A stretch of 64,000 nt of DNA from Candidatus Heimdallarchaeota archaeon (GCA_018238155.1 JABCTZ010000007.1:64001-128000), one strand, 5' to 3'; counted from the first letter of the stretch, positions 10,915 through 20,439 are shown. Notes: generated by a model from the sequence alone, not told the origin. Numbers and translations: made by a program.

Positions 10915-11640
10915 TTGAGAATAATGGAGCTAAATAAAATCTATTACGAAGATTGTATCTCAAATATACATAAGAGAGTACCTGAGAATTCCATTGATTT
11001 AATCATCGCAGATCCTCCCTTCGGAATAAAATTCGATGGAAAAGGGGCACAATATAATCGAAAAAGTAAATTTGTAGTATCAGGTTATTCTGAAATAACT
11101 CAAGCAAACTATCTTGAATTTTCTCGTTCTTGGTTAAAGGCAATCTATCCTGTTTTAAAAGAAACTGGAAGTGCATATATTGTTTCAGGGTGGACTAATT
11201 TGAAGGATGTGCTAATAGCAATTGATGAAGCAGGTTTTATAACTCAAAATCATATAATCTGGAAATATCAATTTGGCGTGTTTACCAAAAGGAAATATGT
11301 AACAAGTCATTATCACATTTTGTTTCTTATAAAAAATAAAAAGAAATATTTTTTTAACAAAGTTGATCATTACCCTGAAGATGTTTGGGAAATAAAGAGA
11401 GAATATCTCCCCGGCAAAAAAAAGAATTCTACAAAATTACCTGATAGGCTTGTCGAAAAATTAATACAATATTCCAGTAAACCTAATGATGTCGTATTGG
11501 ACCCTTTTATGGGCAATGGAACAACTGCAGTCGCTTGTATTAAATTACAACGAAATTATGTTGGGTTTGAAATAAATCCATTTGCTCAAGAAATCATTGA
11601 CAATAATATTGCAAACGCAAAAGCTTTGAAACTGGATTAA
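10915..11640 (+). CDS. Site-specific DNA methyltransferase (N4-C/N6-A, beta class), orphan
   Basis: ADPPF catalytic motif precedes VLDPFMGNGTT SAM motif; likely start ATG 10924. Confidence 0.92.
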   Translation: MRIMELNKIYYEDCISNIHKRVPENSIDLIIADPPFGIKFDGKGAQYNRKSKFVVSGYSEITQANYLEFSRSWLKAIYPVLKETGSAYIVSGWTNLKDVLIAIDEAGFITQNHIIWKYQFGVFTKRKYVTSHYHILFLIKNKKKYFFNKVDHYPEDVWEIKREYLPGKKKNSTKLPDRLVEKLIQYSSKPNDVVLDPFMGNGTTAVACIKLQRNYVGFEINPFAQEIIDNNIANAKALKLD

Positions 11641-11722
11641 TTGTGAGTTCGCCCTTGACTCTTTCTACATCATTGACAGGAGTATCCTTTCTCTGTAAAG
11701 TTTAAGGTATGAGCGAACTCGT
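11639..11722 (-). ncRNA. Candidate box H/ACA guide sRNA (K-turn hairpin plus ACA)
   Basis: Minus strand: 8-bp stem GAGUUCGC/GCGAACUC immediately followed by ACA; internal pocket; K-turn UACAGA...AAUGAUGUA; pocket complementary to LSU rRNA H69 consensus; BRE/TATA-like element upstream. Confidence 0.7.
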
Positions 11723-11740
11723 GTATATCTTTACTCTTAT

Positions 11741-11757
11741 CTTAAAGGGTTTTTTTA
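11741..11757 (-). promoter_or_regulatory. BRE-TATA-like promoter for the candidate H/ACA RNA
   Basis: Minus strand reads an A-run, then CCC, then TTTAAG, about 20-25 nt upstream of the hairpin. Confidence 0.45.
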
Positions 11758-11912
11758 CAGAAATGGTCGTTTTTTTTCAGAAAAACTTAAAATTACTCAT
11801 TCGTAAGATTATCGTGAGATAGTCAATTAGAAGTATCTATATTTCAACATTTGATAATTGGATATTAGATTATATTATCTATCTTAACCAACTATATGAG
11901 TCGATTTCAACT

Positions 11913-12755
11913 ATGGTTTATACCGATTTGTTATTTCCAAATGAACCTATATTCTTCTGTATACTAATAATTGCCGTAACCATAATTGCCTTGTGCGTTT
12001 TTGGCATGCTATTCTTTATTACTGCAGGTTATGGACGTCACTTGAAAGAAATATGGGGTCCTAAAATGAATACCCATCTTGGTTGGTTTATAATGGAAGT
12101 TCCAACATTGTTAGTAATGGGTTTATGTTTTATTTTCAGTGATAAATGGCATGTCAATGGAACGATTAAGTGGACCTATTTTGTGTTTTTATTCATTTGG
12201 TTTTTACACTATGGTCACAGAGTTTTAATTTACCCCCTTCAAATTCGTAATGGTAAGAAGATGCCTATAACCGTTGTTTCTATGGGCTTTTTATTTAATC
12301 TTTCAAATGTGTACATACAAGGGAGATGGCTCTTTACACTTTCAGATCCAATTTATACTGATCAATTACTCTTTCCAATTTCAAATGTTTTGTATTCAAC
12401 TAATTGGTTATATTCTCCTCAATTTATTATCGGTTTGGTGATATTTCTAGTCGGATATTATATCAATAAACGATCCGATATAACACTTCGTGGGTTGCGC
12501 AAAGCTTCGAATGGGGGTGGATATAAAATTCCCTATGGCGGACTTTATAATCGTGTTTCCTGTCCAAATTATCTTGGAGAAATAATGGAATGGATTGGTT
12601 GGGCTGTTTTAACATGGTCCTTAGCTGGGTTAACTTTTGTTATTTGGACAACAGCTAATCTATTACCTCGAGCACTTTCCCATCATAAGTGGTATCAAGA
12701 AGAGTTTGAGGATTATCCTGAAAACAGAAAAGCACTCATTCCATTTATTCTATAA
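11913..12755 (+). CDS. Steroid 5-alpha-reductase family enzyme (SRD5A1/2, DET2-like)
   Basis: GWFIMEVP, HYGHR, GYKIPYGGLY.RVSCPNYLGEIMEW.GWA, NLLPRA..HHKWY...F.DYP..RKALIPF; multi-pass membrane protein. Confidence 0.92.
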   Translation: MVYTDLLFPNEPIFFCILIIAVTIIALCVFGMLFFITAGYGRHLKEIWGPKMNTHLGWFIMEVPTLLVMGLCFIFSDKWHVNGTIKWTYFVFLFIWFLHYGHRVLIYPLQIRNGKKMPITVVSMGFLFNLSNVYIQGRWLFTLSDPIYTDQLLFPISNVLYSTNWLYSPQFIIGLVIFLVGYYINKRSDITLRGLRKASNGGGYKIPYGGLYNRVSCPNYLGEIMEWIGWAVLTWSLAGLTFVIWTTANLLPRALSHHKWYQEEFEDYPENRKALIPFIL

Positions 12756-12854
12756 TTTTCTTTTTTTCTTTTTATAATTACTTAAATAAAGGTAAAAGTA
12801 AAATAGGACTTGTATTCTCTTACAGTAAAGAGTTCTTTTGGATGGAAAAATATC

Positions 12855-14918
12855 ATGCCTAAAGTTACATATGAACCAATTTCTGCTAAAGATGCCCTAA
12901 AAGAAATTAAGGACCTCTGTAGTATTATGGTAGATTTAGCATACGGAGCAGTTCTTTTTGAAGATAAAGGTCTTGCGGAACAAGTTGATGAAATACGTAA
13001 TCTTGTTGTCCACAATAACTATTTATTAACAATGTCTTTACAAGTAGCGGTTAGAGATGGAAAAGATGCCCAAGCAACACTACCTTTAGTTGTTATAGGT
13101 CAAGCTAGTATAGATATTGCTAATTCTGCTGCAGATATTGCTCATGTTTTGGGAAAAGGTTTTGGAATTCATCCTACTATTAAAGAACTTGCACAAAAAT
13201 GTGCTCGAGATTTATGTAAAGGTAAAATTTCAGAAGAATCTATTCTCAAAGGTTATTCATTGAAAGCCATTATAGAAAAAATGAATTATTCAATAGCGAT
13301 ATTTGCCGTAAGACGTGGTGGAAAATGGCTTATTCTCCCCGATGAAGAAATGAAGCTGGAATCTGACGACACTATTATTGCTAGTGGTTCTAGTTCTGGT
13401 ATCAGCTTATTGAAATTACTAATAGGTGGTACAGCAGAAGAAATTAGTCCACCTGATGAAGAGGATGATGATTTAGCTGTTGAATCTTTGCAAGATAATA
13501 TTGTTGATTATATGATTGCACTTAAAGATACGAGTGAAGTAATGGTTGATCTTGCATATGGTGCTGTTCTCTATAATAACAAAGAATTAGCACAACTCGT
13601 AACTAATATGGAAAAGCGTGTTGATACTATAAGAAATAAAGCAGAAGTCGCAATTTTGCGACTCGCAAGGGAACCAAAGGAAGACATATCCTCTCTGCAA
13701 GGTTTATATCGAATTGTAGAAGCTTCTGAAGATATTTCTGATGCAGCAAATCAAATCGCAAAGATTGTTCTAGCAGAATTACCATCTCATCCTATTATTC
13801 AATTGGTGATTGGTGAATCAACTGAAAATCTTTTTGAGAAACAAGTTGAAGAATTATCTCTTATTGTAGGTAAAACTGTTCCTGCTGGAAATTATTTGGA
13901 TGAATTTGGAATTCGCGTATTAGCTGTTAAGCGTGTTGGTGGTTATTATTTCAAACCAAGAAGACGAACGATGATTCGTGCTGGTGATACTATTATTTTT
14001 ACTGGATTGAAAGACGCTTGTTTAGCATTTCAACAACGTGAAGAAGATGCAGTCGTAGAAAAAGTTGCTGAGCTTGAAGCTACGAAAAAAGCTGCTGAAG
14101 CTGTAAGTGATGCTGTTGTAGAAAAGGTTAGTGAAGAAGTTTCTAGCGAAGCTGCAAAAGAAGTTTCAAAGAAAGCTGCGAGAGATGTTGCAGAAAAAGC
14201 TACAGTAAAAGCTACTGATAAACTCTCAAAGAAAGCTGTTGAAGAAGTAGCAGAGGAAGTTGCAGATAAGGTTACCAAAGATGTTGCTGAAAAAATAATC
14301 TCTGAAGTTGTAGCTGAAGCAGTTGAAACTATTAAAGCAGAAAGACCTGATCTTTCCAAGAAAGAAACCATAAAGGTTGTCCAAGAAGCAACAGAGGCTG
14401 CAACAAGGAAATCTGTTGAAGCTGCTCGTCAAAAAGTTACGAAAGCAGCAAAAGAAGCTGCAGATGAAAAAGTGGAAGAAACATCTGTAGAAGTAAGAAA
14501 GAAAGCCACAAAAGCTGTTGAGAAAAAGGTTAGAGAAGAAGTAGCTTCTGTAGTTAAAGATGCAATTAAAGCCGAATCAGAAAGAGCAGCTAAAAAAGCA
14601 GTAAACACAGCTATAAAAGAAACTGTTACTATTGAAGAACCTGAGAAACTTGTAAAGGAAGCTGCAGAAGATGCCGCAAAAGAAGCAGCAGAGAAAGCTG
14701 CTCAGAAAGCCATTGAGCGAAGTGGAAAACGCATTGCCACAAAAGTTGCTGAAGAAACCGCTACAGAGGTCATTGAAAAAGAAACAAAGAAAGTTGCCAT
14801 GAAAGCTGCTAAAGAAGCAGCAGAAGAAGTGGCTAAGGAGGTGCTTGTTAAAGAAGTGAAAGAAGCCGCACAAAAAGCTGCTGAGGAAGCTGCTGAGAAA
14901 GTAACGAAAAATGAATAG
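12855..14918 (+). CDS. Tandem PhoU/TrkA-C (RCK-C) regulatory protein with a long Ala/Glu/Lys-rich helical tail
   Basis: KD....MVDLAYGAVL twice; AVRRGG and AVKRVG RCK-C motifs; about 290-aa AEK tail; ATG 12855 preferred over 12810. Confidence 0.85.
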   Translation: MPKVTYEPISAKDALKEIKDLCSIMVDLAYGAVLFEDKGLAEQVDEIRNLVVHNNYLLTMSLQVAVRDGKDAQATLPLVVIGQASIDIANSAADIAHVLGKGFGIHPTIKELAQKCARDLCKGKISEESILKGYSLKAIIEKMNYSIAIFAVRRGGKWLILPDEEMKLESDDTIIASGSSSGISLLKLLIGGTAEEISPPDEEDDDLAVESLQDNIVDYMIALKDTSEVMVDLAYGAVLYNNKELAQLVTNMEKRVDTIRNKAEVAILRLAREPKEDISSLQGLYRIVEASEDISDAANQIAKIVLAELPSHPIIQLVIGESTENLFEKQVEELSLIVGKTVPAGNYLDEFGIRVLAVKRVGGYYFKPRRRTMIRAGDTIIFTGLKDACLAFQQREEDAVVEKVAELEATKKAAEAVSDAVVEKVSEEVSSEAAKEVSKKAARDVAEKATVKATDKLSKKAVEEVAEEVADKVTKDVAEKIISEVVAEAVETIKAERPDLSKKETIKVVQEATEAATRKSVEAARQKVTKAAKEAADEKVEETSVEVRKKATKAVEKKVREEVASVVKDAIKAESERAAKKAVNTAIKETVTIEEPEKLVKEAAEDAAKEAAEKAAQKAIERSGKRIATKVAEETATEVIEKETKKVAMKAAKEAAEEVAKEVLVKEVKEAAQKAAEEAAEKVTKNE

Positions 14919-15006
14919 AATTGCAATCGAATTTCAAACATAAGCGAATAATTTGCTCAATAATTAGGTGAGTGATTCCCTTGTTCAATGATACAGTTCA
15001 ATCACA

Positions 15007-16404
15007 ATGGTGAAACAAATGTCGAAGACTAATATAGCTAAAAAAACCGCGATTAATTTGTTTATTGGTATGTTCCTCCAAGCTATGATAGCTCTCGCAT
15101 TTGATAGTGGTGGCATTGTTTCTGGTACTATAGCCTCATTTTTAATGGATACTCAGAGGATAAAATGGATTATATTAATTTATGGTCCTTTACTTGCTGC
15201 GAGAGGGGATATAGCAGTACTTGCTGGGAAACTGGGTACAGGTTTGAATTTAGGGAGTGTTAAACCAACTTTTAGAAATAATACTCCTGTTTATCGAAGT
15301 TTAGTATCCTCCACATTGACAATAGCTATGTTAGATGCTTTCTTAGTAGGAATTGTTACTTATATTATGAATCTTCTAACTTTTCCCGTGGGTGTTAGAG
15401 TTTTAAACCCGACATTGTTTCTTGTAATTCCGATTTTAGTGATGGCTGTAACTGCACTAATTTCAACTCAAATTACTAGTGCTGTCTCATTTTTTGTCTA
15501 TAAAAAGGGACTAAATCCAGATGTCTATGTCGTACCAGTTATGTCTACAACAAATAATATTCTCATAACAATGATTTACGCTGGTGTTTTAGCTATATTG
15601 AAACCTTGGGGACAACCAATAACTGTCGAAGGAGTTGGAGAAGTATTTGCAGTTGCATCAAATAGTGAATTATTGGGAACATATATTGCAATAATTCCTG
15701 CTGTACTAGCAATTGCAGGTATTATTATTGTTATTATAAGAAATATCAAAGATTTTGAGTATAAAAAAATGATGAAAGAAGCTATGTTCGCTGTATTTGC
15801 CAGTGCTATTATCGGTACTATTACTGGAGTAACTCTATCAAAAGGTGAGGCTGCTTTGGAATTATACCCTCAATTGCTTGTTGCCTTTCCTGCTTTAATC
15901 GGCACGGTGGTTGATCAAAATGCTATCTTTGCTAACATGTTAATTACTGATTTTTCATCTGGTTATGTTGAACCTGAGATAAAATCAGCTAAGAAGCCGA
16001 AAGTCTGGGCCATTTTTTTGGGTATTGGAGCAGGTGGGCTTGTTGTAACGTTTTTCTTAGGAATAATTGGCACTTTAATAAAGCTGAGTACTGTTCGAGC
16101 CGTATCAGCGGAATTAGGTGTAGCGGTTATTTGGTTGATACTTTTAGTCATGGTTGTAACATTAATTGCAAATATACTTGCTTTCATTATCGTTGGAACA
16201 TTAATTTTTGCTCTATCAATATATGCTTTCCGAAAAGAAATGGATCCAGATAATTTTGCGATACCATTATCTGCTTGTTTAGCTGATTTAGCAACTGCGG
16301 GTTTTATAATAATCTTCGCCTTTGGTATGTTACCTGGTGTAGGCGGGCATGAAGCTGCCGCGGAAGCTGTACGAGTTTTAGTTTCAGCAACAACTCATCT
16401 TTAA
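15007..16404 (+). CDS. MgtE/SLC41-type divalent cation transporter (two MgtE membrane repeats)
   Basis: GPLLAARG...KLGTGLNLG, GLNPD, MDPDNFAIPL...LAD motifs. Confidence 0.85.
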   Translation: MVKQMSKTNIAKKTAINLFIGMFLQAMIALAFDSGGIVSGTIASFLMDTQRIKWIILIYGPLLAARGDIAVLAGKLGTGLNLGSVKPTFRNNTPVYRSLVSSTLTIAMLDAFLVGIVTYIMNLLTFPVGVRVLNPTLFLVIPILVMAVTALISTQITSAVSFFVYKKGLNPDVYVVPVMSTTNNILITMIYAGVLAILKPWGQPITVEGVGEVFAVASNSELLGTYIAIIPAVLAIAGIIIVIIRNIKDFEYKKMMKEAMFAVFASAIIGTITGVTLSKGEAALELYPQLLVAFPALIGTVVDQNAIFANMLITDFSSGYVEPEIKSAKKPKVWAIFLGIGAGGLVVTFFLGIIGTLIKLSTVRAVSAELGVAVIWLILLVMVVTLIANILAFIIVGTLIFALSIYAFRKEMDPDNFAIPLSACLADLATAGFIIIFAFGMLPGVGGHEAAAEAVRVLVSATTHL

Positions 16405-16679
16405 TTTAGGATTTTTATCTTACTGCTAAAAAATTTTGAGTTCCTATTTTGAAACATTAAAATAGTATAAAAACAAATAATCACTTGGAAGTATTTTGCT
16501 ATATCTATAGGTACTTTTTCTTTAGCAAATATCACTTAACTATTTGTTAAATAATCAATAAATTAAAAGAGTCATCAAACATTTGGTAAATTATAGGAGA
16601 TAATTTTCTTATTCGATAAGGAATTCCCCTTCTAATCTTTATTTGCCCATTCATCTAGCTACTGGAGAGTAAAATTAAT

Positions 16680-17981
16680 TTGCGCTTTAAAAAAATCAAA
16701 GAATGGTTCAAGAAACCCACAACAATTAGAATTATAATGTTGTTGGTGTTTCAATCATTTCTAGCTCTCCTCTTTGATGTTTTTGGTTTAGGCGCCGGAA
16801 GTATTGGTACATTTACTTTCATGAATTTTGAAAGTGATTTTGCTATTCAGAGCAATTTAGCATATGCTAGCGCTTTTATCATTTTGTTTTATCCTCCATT
16901 ATTATCTTCGGATGGAGGTATTGGTGTTTTGGTTAGTAATTTAGGTACTGGTTTACATCTAGGTACAGTAAAACCTAAACTGTTTAAAAATACACAATAT
17001 TACTATACCTTAGTTGCCTCTGTGCTAACCCTAGGTACTTTCAATGGGTTATGGATTGGATTAATTTCTTATATAACGAATCTAATTGCATTAGGTACTG
17101 CACGAATTCTAAATCCCGTTCCATTTCTCGTTATTCCTATACTAACCTTGACTATTGCATCGCTTATTTCATCTCAAGCTTCAAGTTTCTTAGCTTTCTT
17201 TATGTTCAAGAAGAAACTAAATCCTGATATGTGGGTTTACCCAACAATGTCAACAGTTAACAATATATTGAGCACTATATTTTATGCTTTAATAATAATG
17301 ATAATAAAGCCTGGTAATTGGTTTTTGGAAACAGGTGAATGGTCAACAATTACCGCGCCAACTTATTACTTGCTTATTCCGTTTGTATTATATTTGGGTT
17401 TTATGTGTTATATCTTAGGTCGTAATATTAAGAATAAACATTATCGTAAAATTCTCAAACAAGCAATACCAATTCAATCTGTAACTTTGACAATTAATTC
17501 ACTTACTGGTGGTATTTTAAGTAAAGCAGATGGCGCATTAACTAATCTTAGAGGTTTATTCTTAGTTTATCCTGCTTTAATTGATACTTTGGGCGATGAA
17601 TGTACAATTATTGCTAATACCACCTCTACTAATCTTGCAATTGGAACTCTTAAACCAAATCTAAAAGCAATAAAAGACAAAGACCTCTGGACGAATATAG
17701 TTGGAGTTGGTATAGCCGGTTTATTTCTTCACGTGATCTATGGTATATTTGGGTCTTTAATTGTTGGAGATTTCTCCAACATGGGTTTAGTTCTTGGAAT
17801 TGCACTTTTAATCAACCTTTTTGGTTTTGTAATAATACAAGGCTTGGTTTTTCTTTTGATAATATTCAGTTACAAGAAAGGTTTAGATTCTGATAATTTT
17901 GCTGTACCGATTATTGCTGCATTATCGAACCTACTGAGTTCATCTTTGATACTCTTCTTTACATTTATATTTCAAGTATAA
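16680..17981 (+). CDS. MgtE/SLC41-type transporter paralog
   Basis: LGTGLHLG, LNPD, LDSDNFAVPI; clearly similar to the upstream gene. Confidence 0.82.
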   Translation: MRFKKIKEWFKKPTTIRIIMLLVFQSFLALLFDVFGLGAGSIGTFTFMNFESDFAIQSNLAYASAFIILFYPPLLSSDGGIGVLVSNLGTGLHLGTVKPKLFKNTQYYYTLVASVLTLGTFNGLWIGLISYITNLIALGTARILNPVPFLVIPILTLTIASLISSQASSFLAFFMFKKKLNPDMWVYPTMSTVNNILSTIFYALIIMIIKPGNWFLETGEWSTITAPTYYLLIPFVLYLGFMCYILGRNIKNKHYRKILKQAIPIQSVTLTINSLTGGILSKADGALTNLRGLFLVYPALIDTLGDECTIIANTTSTNLAIGTLKPNLKAIKDKDLWTNIVGVGIAGLFLHVIYGIFGSLIVGDFSNMGLVLGIALLINLFGFVIIQGLVFLLIIFSYKKGLDSDNFAVPIIAALSNLLSSSLILFFTFIFQV

Positions 17982-18092
17982 TTTTGTCTATTAACTAAAT
18001 TATTTTAGTTAACAAAAGAGATTAAAACAAAAATATTTGTAAAATATACTATCTATTAAATCAATAAGATAATTTCAAAGGAGTAAAAACGT

Positions 18093-18389
18093 TTGAACCA
18101 AAGGGTCACCCCAGATAGTCTTAAATTAAAAATCGTCATTGATACCAATGGTGTTAAAGCAGGCATTGTTAAAGGAGTTATCAGAGAAAAGTATGAAAGG
18201 CTTTCAATAGATTTCCTTGAAATAGAGATTGATAAGAAAATTCCTTTGGGTTTGAAAGATATAGTCAAAATTCATACTCGAGATGCATCTTTACAAGCTG
18301 ATGGTACTATCAAAGTGAAATTTACAAAAGAACAACTTAAAACCATGTCAAAGGAACAAGAGCTTCAGAAACATCCGCCAACCATTTGA
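18093..18389 (+). CDS. PRC-barrel-like small protein
   Basis: LKLKIVIDTNGVKAGIVKGV matches the PRC-barrel V.d..G...G.V pattern; GGAG SD before TTG. Confidence 0.6.
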   Translation: MNQRVTPDSLKLKIVIDTNGVKAGIVKGVIREKYERLSIDFLEIEIDKKIPLGLKDIVKIHTRDASLQADGTIKVKFTKEQLKTMSKEQELQKHPPTI

Positions 18390-18564
18390 TCTCCTTGTGT
18401 GTTTTATTTCACTTTTTCATTCTTCTTTCTAATTACAGAATGATAACTCAATAGTTTCTTCACAATATAAATTTAATAACAAAATTAATCAAAGCAAAAA
18501 TCGTTTGCCAAATCGAGCAATATTTTTAGTAAATTTTTCAGTATGAACATCAAGAAGGATTTAG

Positions 18565-19527
18565 TTGTTGACCAATATAAAAAAGATCATAGATGGATGG
18601 GCTATATTAGGACGACCAGGTCATGCTGGTCGTAAAAAAGCTTTACGAAGAACTGAACTGGAAAATAAATTCGGTAAAGGTAATTGGAAAATCGTTCATC
18701 TAATTGATGGAAAGCTATTGTCTCAAGATGAAGCACTGGATTATTTAGAGGAAGGATATAATCAATTTTTTAAGAAAAATACCGAATTACTAGATTGGTT
18801 AATACTTACTGCTCAAGACATATATGATACTGCCCCTTCGAATATAGATTCGAAATTTGATTATTCGATACAAGAAACAGAAACAGCTCATCTAAATGAC
18901 ATTGCTATCCGTCGTGTAATAAAGAGACTAGGAAAGGAATTTCAAGGATCAAAATTACTTCAAATACATGGTGAAGACAGTGAAGGCTTTGTTTTAACGA
19001 CTGGTCAAGTGCCTTTCCACAAGCTAGATTTAATTTATTCACCACAAATTAAAGGTTGGTGGAATAAAAATTCTATCGAAGCATTTTGGCAAAGCAATAA
19101 AGTTCTTGTGGTTCGAGTTGATAGATTAAAACAGTTATCCAAAAAAATGGTTGGAGTAGTTTTACGAAAGGATATTCATATGGGTAAGGGTAAATTTGCA
19201 ACACAAGCAGCACATGCAATTGTCACCTTGATTCCAGAACGTGGTGAAACATGGGATTTTGAACAACATCCTATTGAAGTTTGGACTGTTAAAGGCGAAG
19301 AGAATTTACTAGGCATATATTCAACTATGTCAAAGATGAAATATGATTGTACAATTATTAGGGATGCAGGGAAAACACAATTGATTCCAGGCACTCGAAC
19401 TGCAGTTGGTATTGGTCCCATAAATGAAGCAGAATTTGATAGCATATTGAGTAGGTATGGAGCTTCACCCGCTGAAAGTAGAACGAGGGATTATCTTGCA
19501 TTTAAATCATTTATTTTACGAAAATAA
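18565..19527 (+). CDS. Uncharacterised N-terminal domain fused to peptidyl-tRNA hydrolase type 2
   Basis: C-terminal VLRKDIHMGKGKFATQAAHA...IRDAGKTQLIPGTRTAVGIGP is Pth2. Confidence 0.85.
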   Translation: MLTNIKKIIDGWAILGRPGHAGRKKALRRTELENKFGKGNWKIVHLIDGKLLSQDEALDYLEEGYNQFFKKNTELLDWLILTAQDIYDTAPSNIDSKFDYSIQETETAHLNDIAIRRVIKRLGKEFQGSKLLQIHGEDSEGFVLTTGQVPFHKLDLIYSPQIKGWWNKNSIEAFWQSNKVLVVRVDRLKQLSKKMVGVVLRKDIHMGKGKFATQAAHAIVTLIPERGETWDFEQHPIEVWTVKGEENLLGIYSTMSKMKYDCTIIRDAGKTQLIPGTRTAVGIGPINEAEFDSILSRYGASPAESRTRDYLAFKSFILRK

Positions 19528-19685
19528 AAAACAATAGGTAAAATGAATTGGTTATATTGTACTAGAGTTTTAATATTGAGTGTTGTCTTTTGCTTAAATG
19601 AGCACAAGTCTTTTGAATAAGCCACTATAAGATGAGTGTAGTTTAGCAAATAGAATGCTGTCAAGAAAATCTCGGTGTTAGAAAA

Positions 19686-20396
19686 ATGGCAAAAGTTAAG
19701 ATGGGCGATTTTATTCGGATAGCTTATACTTTGAAAGTTAAAGGAACGAAGCAAATTATTGAAACCTCAGATGAAAATCTAGCAAAGAAAGAAAACCTCT
19801 ATGATGAGAAAAATAGTTATGGTCCTAGATTATTGATTGTAGGTAATGAAGAAATGTTTCTCAAACGGGTAAATGATACTGTTATTGGAAAAGATGTTGG
19901 TGATAAATTTAAAGTTGACATTCCTCCTGAAGAAACGTTTGGTTATAAAGATAATTCAAAAGTTAAACTACTGGGCAGAAAAGAATTGGTTGCAAAAAAT
20001 ATTTATCCCGAAATTGGTAGACAAATTCAATGGGGTAATCAAAATGGCATTATTATCTCGGCTCTTGGTGGTAGAGTTAGAGTTGATTTTAACCACCCTT
20101 TAGTAGGACAAACTATAGTATATGCTGTCGAAATTATCGAGAGAATATCTGCTGTCAAGAAAAAATTAGAAGCAATTATTGACTATAGGATGCCTGGAAT
20201 TGATATCAGTACTTTTACAATAAAAGATGAAAAAGATAAAATTACTATTACTATGCCGGAAGAAATTATCACTACAGACCTATATATTCAATTTAGAAAA
20301 ATGCGCCTTGCTGGTGATATCAATAAAATTTTTCCTAGTAAAACAGAAATAGTTTTTGTTGAGAGCTGTAAATTCAAAGCTTCCGCATCAAAATAG
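19686..20396 (+). CDS. slyD: FKBP-type peptidyl-prolyl isomerase (long archaeal SlyD-like)
   Basis: GDFIRIAYT, IPPEETFG, GGRVRVDFNHPLVG. Confidence 0.9.
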   Translation: MAKVKMGDFIRIAYTLKVKGTKQIIETSDENLAKKENLYDEKNSYGPRLLIVGNEEMFLKRVNDTVIGKDVGDKFKVDIPPEETFGYKDNSKVKLLGRKELVAKNIYPEIGRQIQWGNQNGIIISALGGRVRVDFNHPLVGQTIVYAVEIIERISAVKKKLEAIIDYRMPGIDISTFTIKDEKDKITITMPEEIITTDLYIQFRKMRLAGDINKIFPSKTEIVFVESCKFKASASK

Positions 20397-20439
20397 ATTC
20401 TAAAATACAATTGATTTCTATTTCAGGATATCAATTGCG

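Noticed and set aside
11639-11722. SECIS element or simple terminator of the methyltransferase
   Set aside because: The K-turn polarity (GA on the 5' side, AUGA on the 3' side) fits H/ACA rather than SECIS, and no selenoprotein is adjacent. The ACA box and rRNA complementarity are not explained by a terminator.
14030-14941. Minus-strand Ser/Ala/Phe- and Cys/Phe-rich ORFs
   Set aside because: Shadows of the low-complexity AEK tail.
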